Of a DNA stretch of 64,000 bases, positions 50,803 through 60,537 are shown piece after piece (within the stretch, counting starts at the first letter, position 1; each line of letters opens with the position of its first letter). This stretch comes from Gemmatimonadaceae bacterium (GTDB taxonomy: Bacteria > Gemmatimonadota > Gemmatimonadetes > Gemmatimonadales > Gemmatimonadaceae). The notes below the pieces were generated by a model that was given only the letters and a program-made list of their open reading frames with translations, was not told where the DNA came from and did no database searches. Made by a program: the position numbers and the translations under genes. The stretch is from NCBI GenBank assembly GCA_045804325.1, contig JBJMNJ010000035.1:423-64422 (forward strand). Direction: 5' to 3'.

Positions 50803-53583
50803 CTACCGCGGCGTCAGACTCTCCTGCACGCGCTGCCGCCAGTACGCGACCCACAGACTGTCGCCGCGCGCGGCGTGGAGGTCGGCCAGGCGGCGGTAGA
50901 CGATCCGCACGTCCTGGTGCGTCACGCTGCCGACGCGCTCGATGAGCGCCGCCGAGTGGCGGTAGAGCGAGTCGGCGGCCCACACCTCGCCGCGCTTCGC
51001 GGCCACGTCGCCGAGCCCGCGCCACGCCGCCGCCGGGCCCGCCCGCTCGGCACCGAAGGCGCGCGTCTCGAGGGCAATGGCCTCGCGGAAAGCCGAGTCG
51101 GCGGCCGCGACGCGTCCACGCGCGAGGAGCACGTCGCCGAGGTTCACGAGGGCGCCGGCGTACGTGGTCGCGCTCGTCCCCACCGCCGATCCCCACAGGC
51201 GCACCGCCTCGCGCTGCGTCCGCTCGGCCTCGTCGAAGCGGCCCTGCTCCACGTACACCCGCGCGAGGTAAGTCAGTGGCCCGACCAGCGGCGTGCCCCT
51301 GCCGCGCGCCCCTCGCTCGAGCTCGGCCGCGCGGAGGGCCAGTCGCTCGGCCTCGGCCAGGCGGCCGCGCGCCTGGAGGATCGGCACGAGGCTCAGTCGT
51401 GCCGCCGCCACCTGCTGGTGCGATTCGCCGTAGATGGCCGAGAGGAGGGCGATGGCGCGACCGTACATCGCCTCCGCCGAGTCGGCACGCTCCCAGCTCT
51501 CGAAGTAGAGGTCGCCGAGGCGCACGGTGAGCCAGGCCACGGCGGGGTCGCGCGGGCTCGTCACGCGCTCCGTCATCGCGATCGCCTGCCGCAGCCGCCG
51601 CTCCGCCTCGATCGACTTGCCGCGCCGGCGGAGGGTGGAGCCGAGATAGAAGTAGCTGTTCGCGAGCGGGCGCGCGTCCGCGCCGGCGGCGGTGACTTCC
51701 TCGCGGATGGCGACCGCCTCGCGCGCGAGCGCCTCGGCCGGCGCGAGCTGCCCGCGGTAGATGGCGACGCTGCGCAGCTCCTCGAGCGCCTCCGCCACCG
51801 CCGGGTGACGCGCGCCGAGCACCGCGCGGCGCTTCTCCAGCGCCTCAGTGGTCAGCACCTCCGCCTCCTCGGCGCGGCCGAGCGTCCGCAGCACGCGCCC
51901 GAGGCGAATGAGGGTCGTGGCGGTCTCGAGCGCGCCGCCGTGGTTCGCGCGGCGCAGCGCGATGGAGCGCTCGTACGCGTCGCGGGCGTCGCCGTAGCGG
52001 CCGAGCGCGTAGTAGAGGCGGCCCATGGCGTCGAGCATGCGCGCCTGGACCAGCGGCTGCCCCTCGCGCACCGGGACCTGCGCGGCGCCGCGCGCCACCA
52101 GCAGATCGACGGCGCGGGCCAGGTCGGGCGTCCCCGTCGGGCCGGGCGCGCTGCCGTCGAAGAGCCCGACGAGGAACGTCCCCATCTCCTCCGACTCGAG
52201 CAGCGCCTGCTCCGCCTGCGCGCGCGCCGACTCGGCCCGGTCGCGCTCGCGCCGCGCCAGTGCCGCCTCGCGCGCCGCCACCGCCGTCCCGGCGCCGAGC
52301 GACAGCACGGCGAGCGCGCCCGCCGCCACCCCCACGCGATTCCGCGCGAGGAGCTTGCGGAACCGGTACCCGCGGGTGCCGGCGTGCGCGGAGACCGGAC
52401 GGCCGTCGCGCAGCCGGGTGAGGTCCTCCCCCAGCAGCTCCGCCGAGCCGTAGCGGCGACGCGGCTCCTTGCGCAGCGCCTTGAGGACGATGGCGTCCGC
52501 GTCGCCGCGCAGCTGTCGCGTGACGCGCTCGGGCGTCGTCCCGCGCGCCCAGGCGACCGCCACCGGGTCGTGCTCGCGCGTCGTGCCGTCGTCGCGCAGG
52601 ATCGCGTCGCGGCGCGCGGCGACCGAGCTCGGGCGCTCGGGCTCGCGCTCGCACACGAGCTCGTGCAGCTCGCGCGGCGAGCCGGTCTTCAGTTGGTAGG
52701 GACGCCGCCCGGTGAGCAGCTCGTAGAGGATCACGCCGAGCGCGTACACGTCGCTCGCGGTGGAGAGCGGCTCGCCGCGCACCTGCTCGGGGCTCGCGTA
52801 CTCCGGCGTCATCACGCGGATGCCGGTGCGTGTGTGCGGCAGGTCGACGGCGCCGAACGAGGGCGCGAGCAGCTTCGCGATGCCGAAGTCGAGCAGCTTC
52901 ACCTCGCCGTCGGCGGTGACCAGGATGTTCGACGGCTTGAGGTCGCGGTGGATGACGAGGCTCTGGTGCGCCGACTGGACCGCCTCGCACACGTCCTCGA
53001 AAAGGCGGAGCCGCGCCGCGACGTCCAGCCGCTCGCGGTCGCACCACTCGGTGATCGGCAGCCCGTCCACGTACTCCATGACGAGGTACGGGAGCTGCCC
53101 GTCCGCCGTGCCCCCGTCGAGCAGCCGCGCGATGTGCGGGTGGTCGAGCGCGGCGAGGATCTGCCGCTCGGCGAGGAAGCGCCGGTGCAGCTCGTCGGCG
53201 TCCGGGCTCGCGCGCAGCAGCTTGATGGCCACCTGCCGGTGGAACGCGCCGTCGGCGCGCTCGGCGAGGTAGACGACGCCCATCCCCCCGCGCCCGAGCT
53301 CGCGGATGACGCGGTACGGGCCGATGCGGCGCTCGCCCATCGCGCGCTCGACGTGATCGACGCGGTCGGCGCGCTCCGCCGCGAGCAGCCCCGCGAATGC
53401 CGCGACGCCCCGCTCGAGCGGGCCGTCGGGCGTCGCGTGCGCGGCGAGCAGCGAGTCCACCTCGCGGCGCAGCTCGGCGTCGCCGGCGCAGCGCGCCGCG
53501 AGCCACGCGGCGCGCTCGGTCGTGGCGAGGTCGAGCGCCGACTCGAAGACGCTCTCGACCTCGGCGCGGCGCGTGGCGTTCAC
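50803..53583 (-). CDS. Ser/Thr protein kinase with transmembrane segment and C-terminal TPR repeats
   Basis: Frame of ORF 50803..54468. GTG at 53583 overlaps the sigma-factor stop (GTGA). GRGGMGVVYLA, AIKLL, HRDLKPSNIL and DFGIAK, then a TM segment (VGVAAGALAVLSLGAGTAVAA), then a long TPR-like region. Confidence 0.9.
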   Translation of the reverse strand: MNATRRAEVESVFESALDLATTERAAWLAARCAGDAELRREVDSLLAAHATPDGPLERGVAAFAGLLAAERADRVDHVERAMGERRIGPYRVIRELGRGGMGVVYLAERADGAFHRQVAIKLLRASPDADELHRRFLAERQILAALDHPHIARLLDGGTADGQLPYLVMEYVDGLPITEWCDRERLDVAARLRLFEDVCEAVQSAHQSLVIHRDLKPSNILVTADGEVKLLDFGIAKLLAPSFGAVDLPHTRTGIRVMTPEYASPEQVRGEPLSTASDVYALGVILYELLTGRRPYQLKTGSPRELHELVCEREPERPSSVAARRDAILRDDGTTREHDPVAVAWARGTTPERVTRQLRGDADAIVLKALRKEPRRRYGSAELLGEDLTRLRDGRPVSAHAGTRGYRFRKLLARNRVGVAAGALAVLSLGAGTAVAAREAALARRERDRAESARAQAEQALLESEEMGTFLVGLFDGSAPGPTGTPDLARAVDLLVARGAAQVPVREGQPLVQARMLDAMGRLYYALGRYGDARDAYERSIALRRANHGGALETATTLIRLGRVLRTLGRAEEAEVLTTEALEKRRAVLGARHPAVAEALEELRSVAIYRGQLAPAEALAREAVAIREEVTAAGADARPLANSYFYLGSTLRRRGKSIEAERRLRQAIAMTERVTSPRDPAVAWLTVRLGDLYFESWERADSAEAMYGRAIALLSAIYGESHQQVAAARLSLVPILQARGRLAEAERLALRAAELERGARGRGTPLVGPLTYLARVYVEQGRFDEAERTQREAVRLWGSAVGTSATTYAGALVNLGDVLLARGRVAAADSAFREAIALETRAFGAERAGPAAAWRGLGDVAAKRGEVWAADSLYRHSAALIERVGSVTHQDVRIVYRRLADLHAARGDSLWVAYWRQRVQESLTPR

Positions 53584-54164
53584 GCCGCGCCGCCTTCGGG
53601 CGCGCCGCTGCCGAGCGCGCGGTAGAGCCAGGCGCGCGCCTTCACCCAGTCGCGCCGCACGGTGCGGTCGGTCACGCCGAGCACCGCGGCGATCTCCGCG
53701 TCCTCCATGCCGCCGAAGAAGCGGCACTCGACGACCGCGCGCTGCCGCGGCTCGAGGGCGTCGAGCGCGTCGTTCAGGGCGAGCAGGTCTTCCGGCGCGA
53801 CGTCCGCGACCCAGCTCCCGTCCGAGAGCGTCGCGCGCCGCCAGCCGCCGCCGCGCTTGTCCGCGCCGCGGCGGCGCGCGTCGTCCACGAGCACCTGGCG
53901 CATCGCGCGCGCGGCGATGGCGAGGAAGTGCGCGCGGTCCACCGCCGCGGGCGCGCCGGCGGCGGCGAGCTTCATCCACACCTCGTGCACGAGCTCCGTG
54001 GGGCGGAGCGTGCGCGGGGCGCGCCCGCCGAGCTGCCGGCGCGCGATGCGCCGCAGGTCGTCGTAGACGAGCGGCACGAGCCGATCGAGCGACGTGGCGT
54101 CGCCCGAGCGCGCAGCGTGGAGCAGTCGCGTGATCTCGCCCTGAGGCGTGACGTCGGCAGACAG
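53580..54164 (-). CDS. ECF sigma factor, TIGR02999 / ECF43-like (kinase-associated)
   Basis: The ORF track starts at GTG 54077 (VPLVYDDLRRIARRQL...). The in-frame upstream sequence encodes the family-typical N-terminus EITRLLHAARSGDATSLDRL and contains no ATG, GTG or TTG. The start is therefore provisionally placed at CTG 54164, 5 nt after GGGAGGAA. Region 4 ECRFFGGMEDAEIAAVLGVTDRTVRRDW. Confidence 0.75.
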   Translation of the reverse strand: MSADVTPQGEITRLLHAARSGDATSLDRLVPLVYDDLRRIARRQLGGRAPRTLRPTELVHEVWMKLAAAGAPAAVDRAHFLAIAARAMRQVLVDDARRRGADKRGGGWRRATLSDGSWVADVAPEDLLALNDALDALEPRQRAVVECRFFGGMEDAEIAAVLGVTDRTVRRDWVKARAWLYRALGSGAPEGGAA

Positions 54165-54521
54165 GGATTCCTCCCGCGTTGCACCGGCAGGCGCGGCGCG
54201 AGGCTGCCGGTGGCGCCGCGCCGCGCCTGCCGGCCCAATGTGCGACAGTCAGCCGAGCACTACAAGCACGACCTTGGCCGACGGGTGCGGCGCACCGTCC
54301 GGAATCCCGTCCCCATCCCGTGAGATACGCGAGCCGGCCCCCCGGCCGGACACGAGACGCTGGCCTCTTCTCGGGAACGTTCCCACGCTCGCGCCCGCTC
54401 CGTGGCGTGTCCGGTCGGGCGCTGCGTTCGCGTACTCCCCGGTGCCGCACCACTCGCAGATCGCGCACGCCGGCTCGCCCGCGTCGCGTGCCCTACAACC
54501 ACACATTGGAGGAGGACGAGG

Positions 54522-55118
54522 ATGATCAGCGCGACGAAGCACATCATCGGTCGGTCGCTCGCAGCGGTCGTCACCGCGGCCCTGGTGGCCGCGTGCGACA
54601 CCGGCACCACGGGCCCCGACGGGACGTCCGCGATGCGACTCGGCGTCGCCGCCTCCGCGGACGAGTCGGAGGACGCGCTGCGCGCCGTGGACCTCGGCAC
54701 CTGCGACAGCCTGCAGCCGCCGGCGGGCACCATCCTCGTCGCCCGCATGTTCGCCGAGGGAGTGCAGGTCTACCGCTGGAACGGCGCGAGCTGGTCCTTC
54801 GTCGCGCCCTCCGCGACGCTGTACGCGGACGCCGCGATGACGGGCGTGCTCGGCACGCACTTCGTCGGGCCGACCTGGCAGAGCGTCAGCGGCGGCACCG
54901 TCGTGGGCGCGGCCTCCAAGCGGTGCACCCCGGACGCCAGTGCCATCCCGTGGCTGCTCCTCACCGCGACGCCCGACGGGCCGGGCATCTTCGAGAAGGT
55001 GGCGTTCATCCAGCGGTTGAACACCGTCGGCGGGATCGCGCCCGCGCAGGCCGGGAGGTTCGTCGGCGATCGGCGGGCCGTGCCGTATACCGCCACGTAC
55101 ACGTTCTACCGGTACTAG
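54522..55118 (+). CDS. DUF3455-like lipoprotein
   Basis: Frame of ORF 54402..55118, trimmed to ATG 54522 with GGAGGAGGA upstream. Lipobox AALVAAC. GVQVYRWNG...GTHFVGPTWQS...IPWLLL...FIQRLNTVGGIAP...VPYTATYTFY resembles DUF3455 (family assigned from memory). Confidence 0.6.
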   Translation: MISATKHIIGRSLAAVVTAALVAACDTGTTGPDGTSAMRLGVAASADESEDALRAVDLGTCDSLQPPAGTILVARMFAEGVQVYRWNGASWSFVAPSATLYADAAMTGVLGTHFVGPTWQSVSGGTVVGAASKRCTPDASAIPWLLLTATPDGPGIFEKVAFIQRLNTVGGIAPAQAGRFVGDRRAVPYTATYTFYRY

Positions 55119-55301
55119 CGGAGGCGCGGGATGCAGGTCCCTCGGCCCTCGGCTCATACGTCAGCCGGCCCGCAGCATCACGAACGGCGTGCGCGCCCGC
55201 AGCGGCCCTGGCCCACATCTTGACTGTGACAGGTCCTAAGCGTTTGCCACCGCAGGGTTTGCAAAACAACTGTGCAGAGGAGCCGTGCAGGGGAGGGTCG
55301 T

Positions 55302-57251
55302 ATGAGCACCGGGCGAGAGATGACGCGTGACGCTCGCGGCGCGAGCGGAGCTCCGGCGGAGGGCCTCGCCCCAGCGCGCCCTGCGGACGGGTCGGCGCCG
55401 CACGACTGCTTCGAGCGCACCGCGTTCCTCGCCGAGGCGAGCCGCCTGCTCGCCCAGTCGCTCGACTACCAGACCACGCTCGCCACCGTCGCGCGCCTCG
55501 CGATGCCCGAGCTCGGCGCGTGGTGCATCGTGGACGTCATCGGTGACGACGGCGGCATGGAGCGGATCGCCGTCATCCACCCCGACCCCGAGAAGCAGGC
55601 GCTCGCGCGCCAGCTCGCCTCCGACTTCCCGCCGGAGAAGGACGACATCGTCGGGATCCCGCGCGCCATGGTGACGCAGCGCCCCGAGATCGTCCCCGAG
55701 GTCACCGACGAGATGCTCGCCGCCGCGGCGCGCTCGCCCGCGCACCTGCGGCTCCTGCGCGGCCTCGGCATGGGCTCCTTCATGGTCCTCCCGCTCGCGG
55801 CGCGCGGGCACCTGCTCGGCTGCATGACGTTCATCAGCGCGGGCGACGGGCGGCGCTACGACGTCGGCGACCTCGCCGTCGCCGAGGACCTCGCGAACCG
55901 CTGCGCGCTCGCCATCGACAACGCGCGGCTCTACGCGGCCGCCGAGCACGCCCGGCGGGCGGCCGAGTCGGCGACGCGCGCGAAGAGCGACTTCCTCGCG
56001 ACGATGAGCCACGAGCTCCGCACGCCCCTCAACGCCATCCTCGGCTACCTCGACCTCATCGAGCTGGGGCTGTCCGGGCCCGTGACGGAGCTCCAGCGCG
56101 CGCAGCTCGTGCGCATCCGCGAGTGCGGCGCGCACCTCACCGACCTGGTCGGGCAGGTGCTCGACCTCGCGAACATCGAGGCGGCGCGCATGCCGCTCGA
56201 CCCGGAGCCGGGCCCCCGCGCCGTCACCGTCGAGGCGGCGCTGGCGATCGTCCGGCCGGCGGCGGCGGCGCGCGGCATCCACCTCGGGGGCCGCTGCGCG
56301 CGCGCGGGGGACGCCTGCTTCGTGGCCGACCACGCGCGCGCGCGGCAGGTCCTGGTCCACCTGCTCTCGAACGCGGTGAAGTTCACGCCGGTGGGCGGGC
56401 GGGTCGAGGTGTCGTGCGGGACGGTCGCGGCGAGCGCCGCGCCGCTCGCGCTCCAGGCGCCGGCCGACGCCGACGACGACGCGGAAGGGCGCTGGGCGTA
56501 CGTCCGGGTGCGCGACACGGGCGCGGGCATCGCCGCCGGCGACGCCGAGCGCGTGTTCGGCGCGTTCGTGCAGCTCGACCAGTCGCGCACGCGGGTGAAG
56601 GGCGGCTCGGGGCTCGGCCTCACGCTCGCGCGGCAGCTCGCCCGCCTCATGGGCGGCGAGGTGACGCTCGAGAGCGCGGTGGGCCGCGGCAGCGTGTTCA
56701 CGCTCTGGCTCCCCGCGTCGCCCGTCGGGGAGGGCAGCGGCGCGCGCGACGCGCTCGCGGCCGCGCCGCGCTCGGTCGCGGCCTCGGCGCAGCTCGGGCG
56801 CCTGCTGCTCGAGCGCCTGGAGGTGGTGCTCCACCGCTACCTGCGCCGCGTGCGCGCCGAGGCGCCCGCGCCGCAGGTGCTCATCATGAGCGACGTCGAG
56901 ATCCTCGACCACGTCGGGAGCCTGCTCACCGACGTCGCGCAGACGATGATCGCGAGCGCGGCGGCGAACGGGCAGCCGTCCGGCCTCCTGCGCGACGGCG
57001 CCGAGATCCAGCGCGTCATCGCCGAGTTCCACGGCGCGCAGCGCCGCCGCCTGGGGTGGGAGGAGGCGGCGGTGCAGCGCGACTTCGGCATCGTACGCGC
57101 CGTCGTGCGCGAGGCCCTGGAGGACGCCGCGCACCTGGCGGGCGCCGCGGGGGAGTCGGCGCTGCGCGTGCTCGAGCGGCTCCTCGCGCACGCCGAGCAC
57201 GAGAGCGTGCGCGCCTACCGCATGGCGGCGGCGGAGGCGGCCGCGACCTGA
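55302..57251 (+). CDS. GAF-domain sensor histidine kinase (orphan) with extra C-terminal helical domain
   Basis: Frame of ORF 55272..57251, trimmed to ATG 55302 with GGGAGGG upstream. GAF-like N-terminus, H-box [21 protein letters not shown], and HATPase boxes ([25 protein letters not shown]). Confidence 0.85.
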   Translation: MSTGREMTRDARGASGAPAEGLAPARPADGSAPHDCFERTAFLAEASRLLAQSLDYQTTLATVARLAMPELGAWCIVDVIGDDGGMERIAVIHPDPEKQALARQLASDFPPEKDDIVGIPRAMVTQRPEIVPEVTDEMLAAAARSPAHLRLLRGLGMGSFMVLPLAARGHLLGCMTFISAGDGRRYDVGDLAVAEDLANRCALAIDNARLYAAAEHARRAAESATRAKSDFLATMSHELRTPLNAILGYLDLIELGLSGPVTELQRAQLVRIRECGAHLTDLVGQVLDLANIEAARMPLDPEPGPRAVTVEAALAIVRPAAAARGIHLGGRCARAGDACFVADHARARQVLVHLLSNAVKFTPVGGRVEVSCGTVAASAAPLALQAPADADDDAEGRWAYVRVRDTGAGIAAGDAERVFGAFVQLDQSRTRVKGGSGLGLTLARQLARLMGGEVTLESAVGRGSVFTLWLPASPVGEGSGARDALAAAPRSVAASAQLGRLLLERLEVVLHRYLRRVRAEAPAPQVLIMSDVEILDHVGSLLTDVAQTMIASAAANGQPSGLLRDGAEIQRVIAEFHGAQRRRLGWEEAAVQRDFGIVRAVVREALEDAAHLAGAAGESALRVLERLLAHAEHESVRAYRMAAAEAAAT

Positions 57252-57267
57252 GGCCGCGGCGCGGCCG

Positions 57268-59700
57268 CTACTCCGCCTTGAGCGCGAGCTGCGGGTCCAC
57301 GCGCGCGGCACTCCGCGCGGGCACCACCGTCGCGAGCAGCGCGATGGCCGCCACCGCGAGGCTCGTCGCCGCGAACGTCGGCACGTCGGTCGTCGTCACG
57401 CCGACGAGCTGCGTGGCGAGCGCGCGGGCGCCCGCCGCCGCGGCGAGCAGGCCGAGCACGACGCCGGCGGCGGCCAGCGTCATCCCGTTGCGGACGACGA
57501 GCGCGACGACCTCGCGCGCCTCGGCGCCCAGCGCCATGCGGACGGCGATCTCGCGCCGGCTCAGCCCGACGACGAACGCGATGATGCCGTAGATGCCGAT
57601 CCCCGCGAGGAAGAGCGCGATGGCCGCGAGCGACGAGAGCACCGCCGAGCCGAAGCGGGCGCCCGCGCTCTGCTGCCGGAGCACGTCGGCGAGCGGCTGC
57701 ACCGCGAACAGCGGCAGCGACGGGTCCACCGCGGCGAGCGCCTCGCGCAGCGCGCCCGCCGAGGGGAGCGCGCCGGTGCGCGAGCGCACGGCGATCTCGA
57801 CGTCGCGGTCGGGGAGCTGCGCGAAGGAGAAGTAGACGTCCGGCTCGCTCGCCGACGCCGAGAGGTCCGTCGTCAGGCTGCGAAAGCGCGCGGTCCCGAC
57901 GACGCCGACGACCGTCACCTCCGAGCGGCCCATCCGGATGCGGTGCCCCACGGCACTCTCGCCGGGCCACACGCGCCGCGCCATCGCCTCGCTGATGATG
58001 GCGACGCCCTGCGCGCCGTCGCGGTCGCGCGCGTCGAACGCGCGCCCGCCCACGAGGTGGATGCCGAGCGTCTCGAAGAAGCCCGGCGTCACCGCGTGGC
58101 GGTAGAAGCGGATCGACTCCGCCTCGCCGCGGTCGGTCACGAGGCGCGAGGCGCTCGAGTTCCCGGTGAACGGCATGTCGGAGCTCACGGACGCCGCGCG
58201 CACCGACGGGATGGCGCGCAGGCGCGCCTCGAGCTGCTCGGCGAAACGGACGCGCGCGGGCGCGTCGTAGCGCTCGCGCGGGAGCGACACGCGTGCGACG
58301 AGCACGCCCTCGGGGTCGAAGCCCGGAGGGACGGCGAGCTGTGCGGCGAGGCTCCGTGCCATGAGCCCGGCGCCCGCCAGCAGCGCGAGCGCCAGCGCCA
58401 CCTCGCCCACGACGAAGAGCTGCTGCGCGCCGGGGCGCGCGATGCGCCCGATCCCGGGCGCCGCCGCGCGCGCGCCGTCCTTCAGCGCGCTGGCGAGGTT
58501 CAGCCGCGCGCCCGCGAGCGCGGGCACGAGTCCGCACACGAGCGCGCACGCGCCGACGAGGGCGAGCGCGAAGAGCAGCACGCGCGCGTCGACCGCGGGG
58601 CGCACGTAGGCGGGGAGCAGCCCCTCCGGCGCGAGCGACACGAGCGCGCTCGACGCCCACAGCGACGCGAGCACGCCGACGGCGCCGCCCGCAGCCGCCA
58701 GCACCGCGCCCTCGGCGGCGAGCTGCCGGACGAGGTGCGTGCGCGTGGCGCCGAGCGCCAGGCGGAGCGCGACCTCGCGCCCGCGGGACGCGGCGCGCAC
58801 GAGCTGGAGGCCAGCCACGTTCGCGCACGCGATGAGGAGGAAGAGGATCACCGCGCCGAACAGCGCGCGCAGCAGCGGGCGCGTGCTGCCGAGGTAGTTC
58901 TCCTCGAGCGACATGAGGCGCACGCCGCGATCCTTGTTGGTCGCGGGGTAGGCGTCCTGGAGCCGGAGCGCCACGGCGTCGAGGTCGCGCTGCGCGTCGG
59001 GCAGGGCGACGCCGTCCCTGAGGCGGCCGACGGCCGCGAGCCACCGGGTGCCGCGGTTCGTGAGCAGATCCGGGCTCCCGGTCAGCGAGATCATCGACGT
59101 CGGTATCCACAGCTCGGCCGTGATCGACAGCCCGCCGAACCCCTCGGGCGCGACGCCGACGACCGTGAGCTGGCGATCGTTCACGGTGATCGTGCGTCCG
59201 ACGACGCCCGGGTCGCCGCCGAGGCGCGTCTGCCAGAGCCGGTGGCTCACGATCGCCACGGGGTGCGCGTCCGCCGCGCCGTCCTCCTCGGGGAGGAACG
59301 CTCGACCGCGCGCCGCAGCGGTGCGCAGGAGCGGGAAGTACGACGCCGAGACCATCTCGGCCGGCGCACGTTCGACGGCGTCGCCGACGCGCACGTTGAG
59401 CGAGATCGGGTCGAAGATCGCGACGTCGGAGAAGGAGCGGTTCCCCGCGCGCCAGTCGAGGATCTCCGGAACGGATGCCCCGCGGATCGCGCGCTCGGGA
59501 CCCGCGACGCCCCAGAAGATCGCGAGCCGTCCAGGCTCGGCGAATGGGAGCGGACGGAGCAGTGCCGCATCCAGAAGGCTGAACATCGTCGTGCTCGCGG
59601 CGATGGCGACGGCGAGCGTGGCGACGACGGCCGCCGTGAATCCGGGACGGCGGCGCAGAGAGCGGACGGCGTACCGGAGCTCGTGCGAGAGGAGCGACAT
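57268..59700 (-). CDS. MacB/FtsX-type ABC transporter permease (duplicated, orphan)
   Basis: 810-aa ORF. MSLLSHELRYAVRSLRRRPGFTAAVVATLAVAIAAST, two FtsX modules, and no ATPase or PadR gene adjacent. Confidence 0.9.
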   Translation of the reverse strand: MSLLSHELRYAVRSLRRRPGFTAAVVATLAVAIAASTTMFSLLDAALLRPLPFAEPGRLAIFWGVAGPERAIRGASVPEILDWRAGNRSFSDVAIFDPISLNVRVGDAVERAPAEMVSASYFPLLRTAAARGRAFLPEEDGAADAHPVAIVSHRLWQTRLGGDPGVVGRTITVNDRQLTVVGVAPEGFGGLSITAELWIPTSMISLTGSPDLLTNRGTRWLAAVGRLRDGVALPDAQRDLDAVALRLQDAYPATNKDRGVRLMSLEENYLGSTRPLLRALFGAVILFLLIACANVAGLQLVRAASRGREVALRLALGATRTHLVRQLAAEGAVLAAAGGAVGVLASLWASSALVSLAPEGLLPAYVRPAVDARVLLFALALVGACALVCGLVPALAGARLNLASALKDGARAAAPGIGRIARPGAQQLFVVGEVALALALLAGAGLMARSLAAQLAVPPGFDPEGVLVARVSLPRERYDAPARVRFAEQLEARLRAIPSVRAASVSSDMPFTGNSSASRLVTDRGEAESIRFYRHAVTPGFFETLGIHLVGGRAFDARDRDGAQGVAIISEAMARRVWPGESAVGHRIRMGRSEVTVVGVVGTARFRSLTTDLSASASEPDVYFSFAQLPDRDVEIAVRSRTGALPSAGALREALAAVDPSLPLFAVQPLADVLRQQSAGARFGSAVLSSLAAIALFLAGIGIYGIIAFVVGLSRREIAVRMALGAEAREVVALVVRNGMTLAAAGVVLGLLAAAAGARALATQLVGVTTTDVPTFAATSLAVAAIALLATVVPARSAARVDPQLALKAE

Positions 59701-59875
59701 GGGGTCGGCGCGGAGGTGGCGGGCGGGCGGACAGCGACAGCCCCTGCCAAGGCACCGTGCGTGCCGCGCGTCGCGCGCGCTAAGTGTCTGTGGTTTCCGC
59801 AGTTGGCCGCGAGCGGTCGACCGACGATGTCCGCACGCGGGACTGGACCTCCCAGGATCGGACGCGGCGTGCGCC

Positions 59876-60436
59876 TCAGGGGTGCCGGTGCCCCGCTCCG
59901 CCGTGACCGGGGTCGCCGGCCCCGCCCGCGCGGTGGTCCCCGCGCTGGAACGCGATGAACTCGTGCACGGCAGCGATGGCCTCCGGGTCGCTCGTCGTGA
60001 TGCGCACCTCGCCCCCGCGCGGGAGGTCGCGCACCGCGTAGTCGATCGCCGCGCGCTTCGCCGCCATCACCGCCGTACCGGGCACGGGCCCGGCGTGCAC
60101 GAAGGCCGGCGTGTCGAAGTCGCCCGCGCGGAACGCCGCGGCGATCTCGCGCAGGTGCCCGCGGATCTGGGCGACGCCCGCGGAGTCGTCCATGGCGCGC
60201 TGGAGCTCGATGCGCCCGCCGTCCGGCAGCGCGTCGAAGCGGTGCGCCGACGTGTACTGGTCCACGCCCATGGCGCGCGGGTCGGCGCCGCGCGCCTGGA
60301 GCGCGGCGAACGCGCTGTCGGCGCGCGCGCGGGAGGCAGGCGCGGCGGAGGTGGAGTCGGTGCGCGCGGGCGGTCGGCCGCACGCCGCGAGGAGCAGCGA
60401 GGCGGCGAGCAGGGCGCGGCTGGCGATGAGGCGCAT
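59876..60436 (-). CDS. hypothetical lipoprotein with His/Gly-rich C-terminal tail
   Basis: 186-aa ORF with lipobox LLLAAC and tail GDHRAGGAGDPGHGGAGHRHP. No family recognised. Confidence 0.55.
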   Translation of the reverse strand: MRLIASRALLAASLLLAACGRPPARTDSTSAAPASRARADSAFAALQARGADPRAMGVDQYTSAHRFDALPDGGRIELQRAMDDSAGVAQIRGHLREIAAAFRAGDFDTPAFVHAGPVPGTAVMAAKRAAIDYAVRDLPRGGEVRITTSDPEAIAAVHEFIAFQRGDHRAGGAGDPGHGGAGHRHP

Positions 60437-60517
60437 GAGAGTCGGGGTCGGTGTGTACGTACGCGACGGGCACGTCGCGGGAGCACGCGTCCAACCTCGC
60501 CCCTGGCGTCGGCGCGC

Positions 60518-60537
60518 GAAGGAACCAAGGTTCCTTC
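60518..60537. promoter_or_regulatory. perfect 9-2-9 palindrome GAAGGAACC-aa-GGTTCCTTC abutting the crp/fnr-like start codon
   Basis: Read directly at 60518-60537. GTG 60538 follows immediately. The site lies in the 101-bp divergent gap shared with the lipoprotein gene. Confidence 0.4.
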
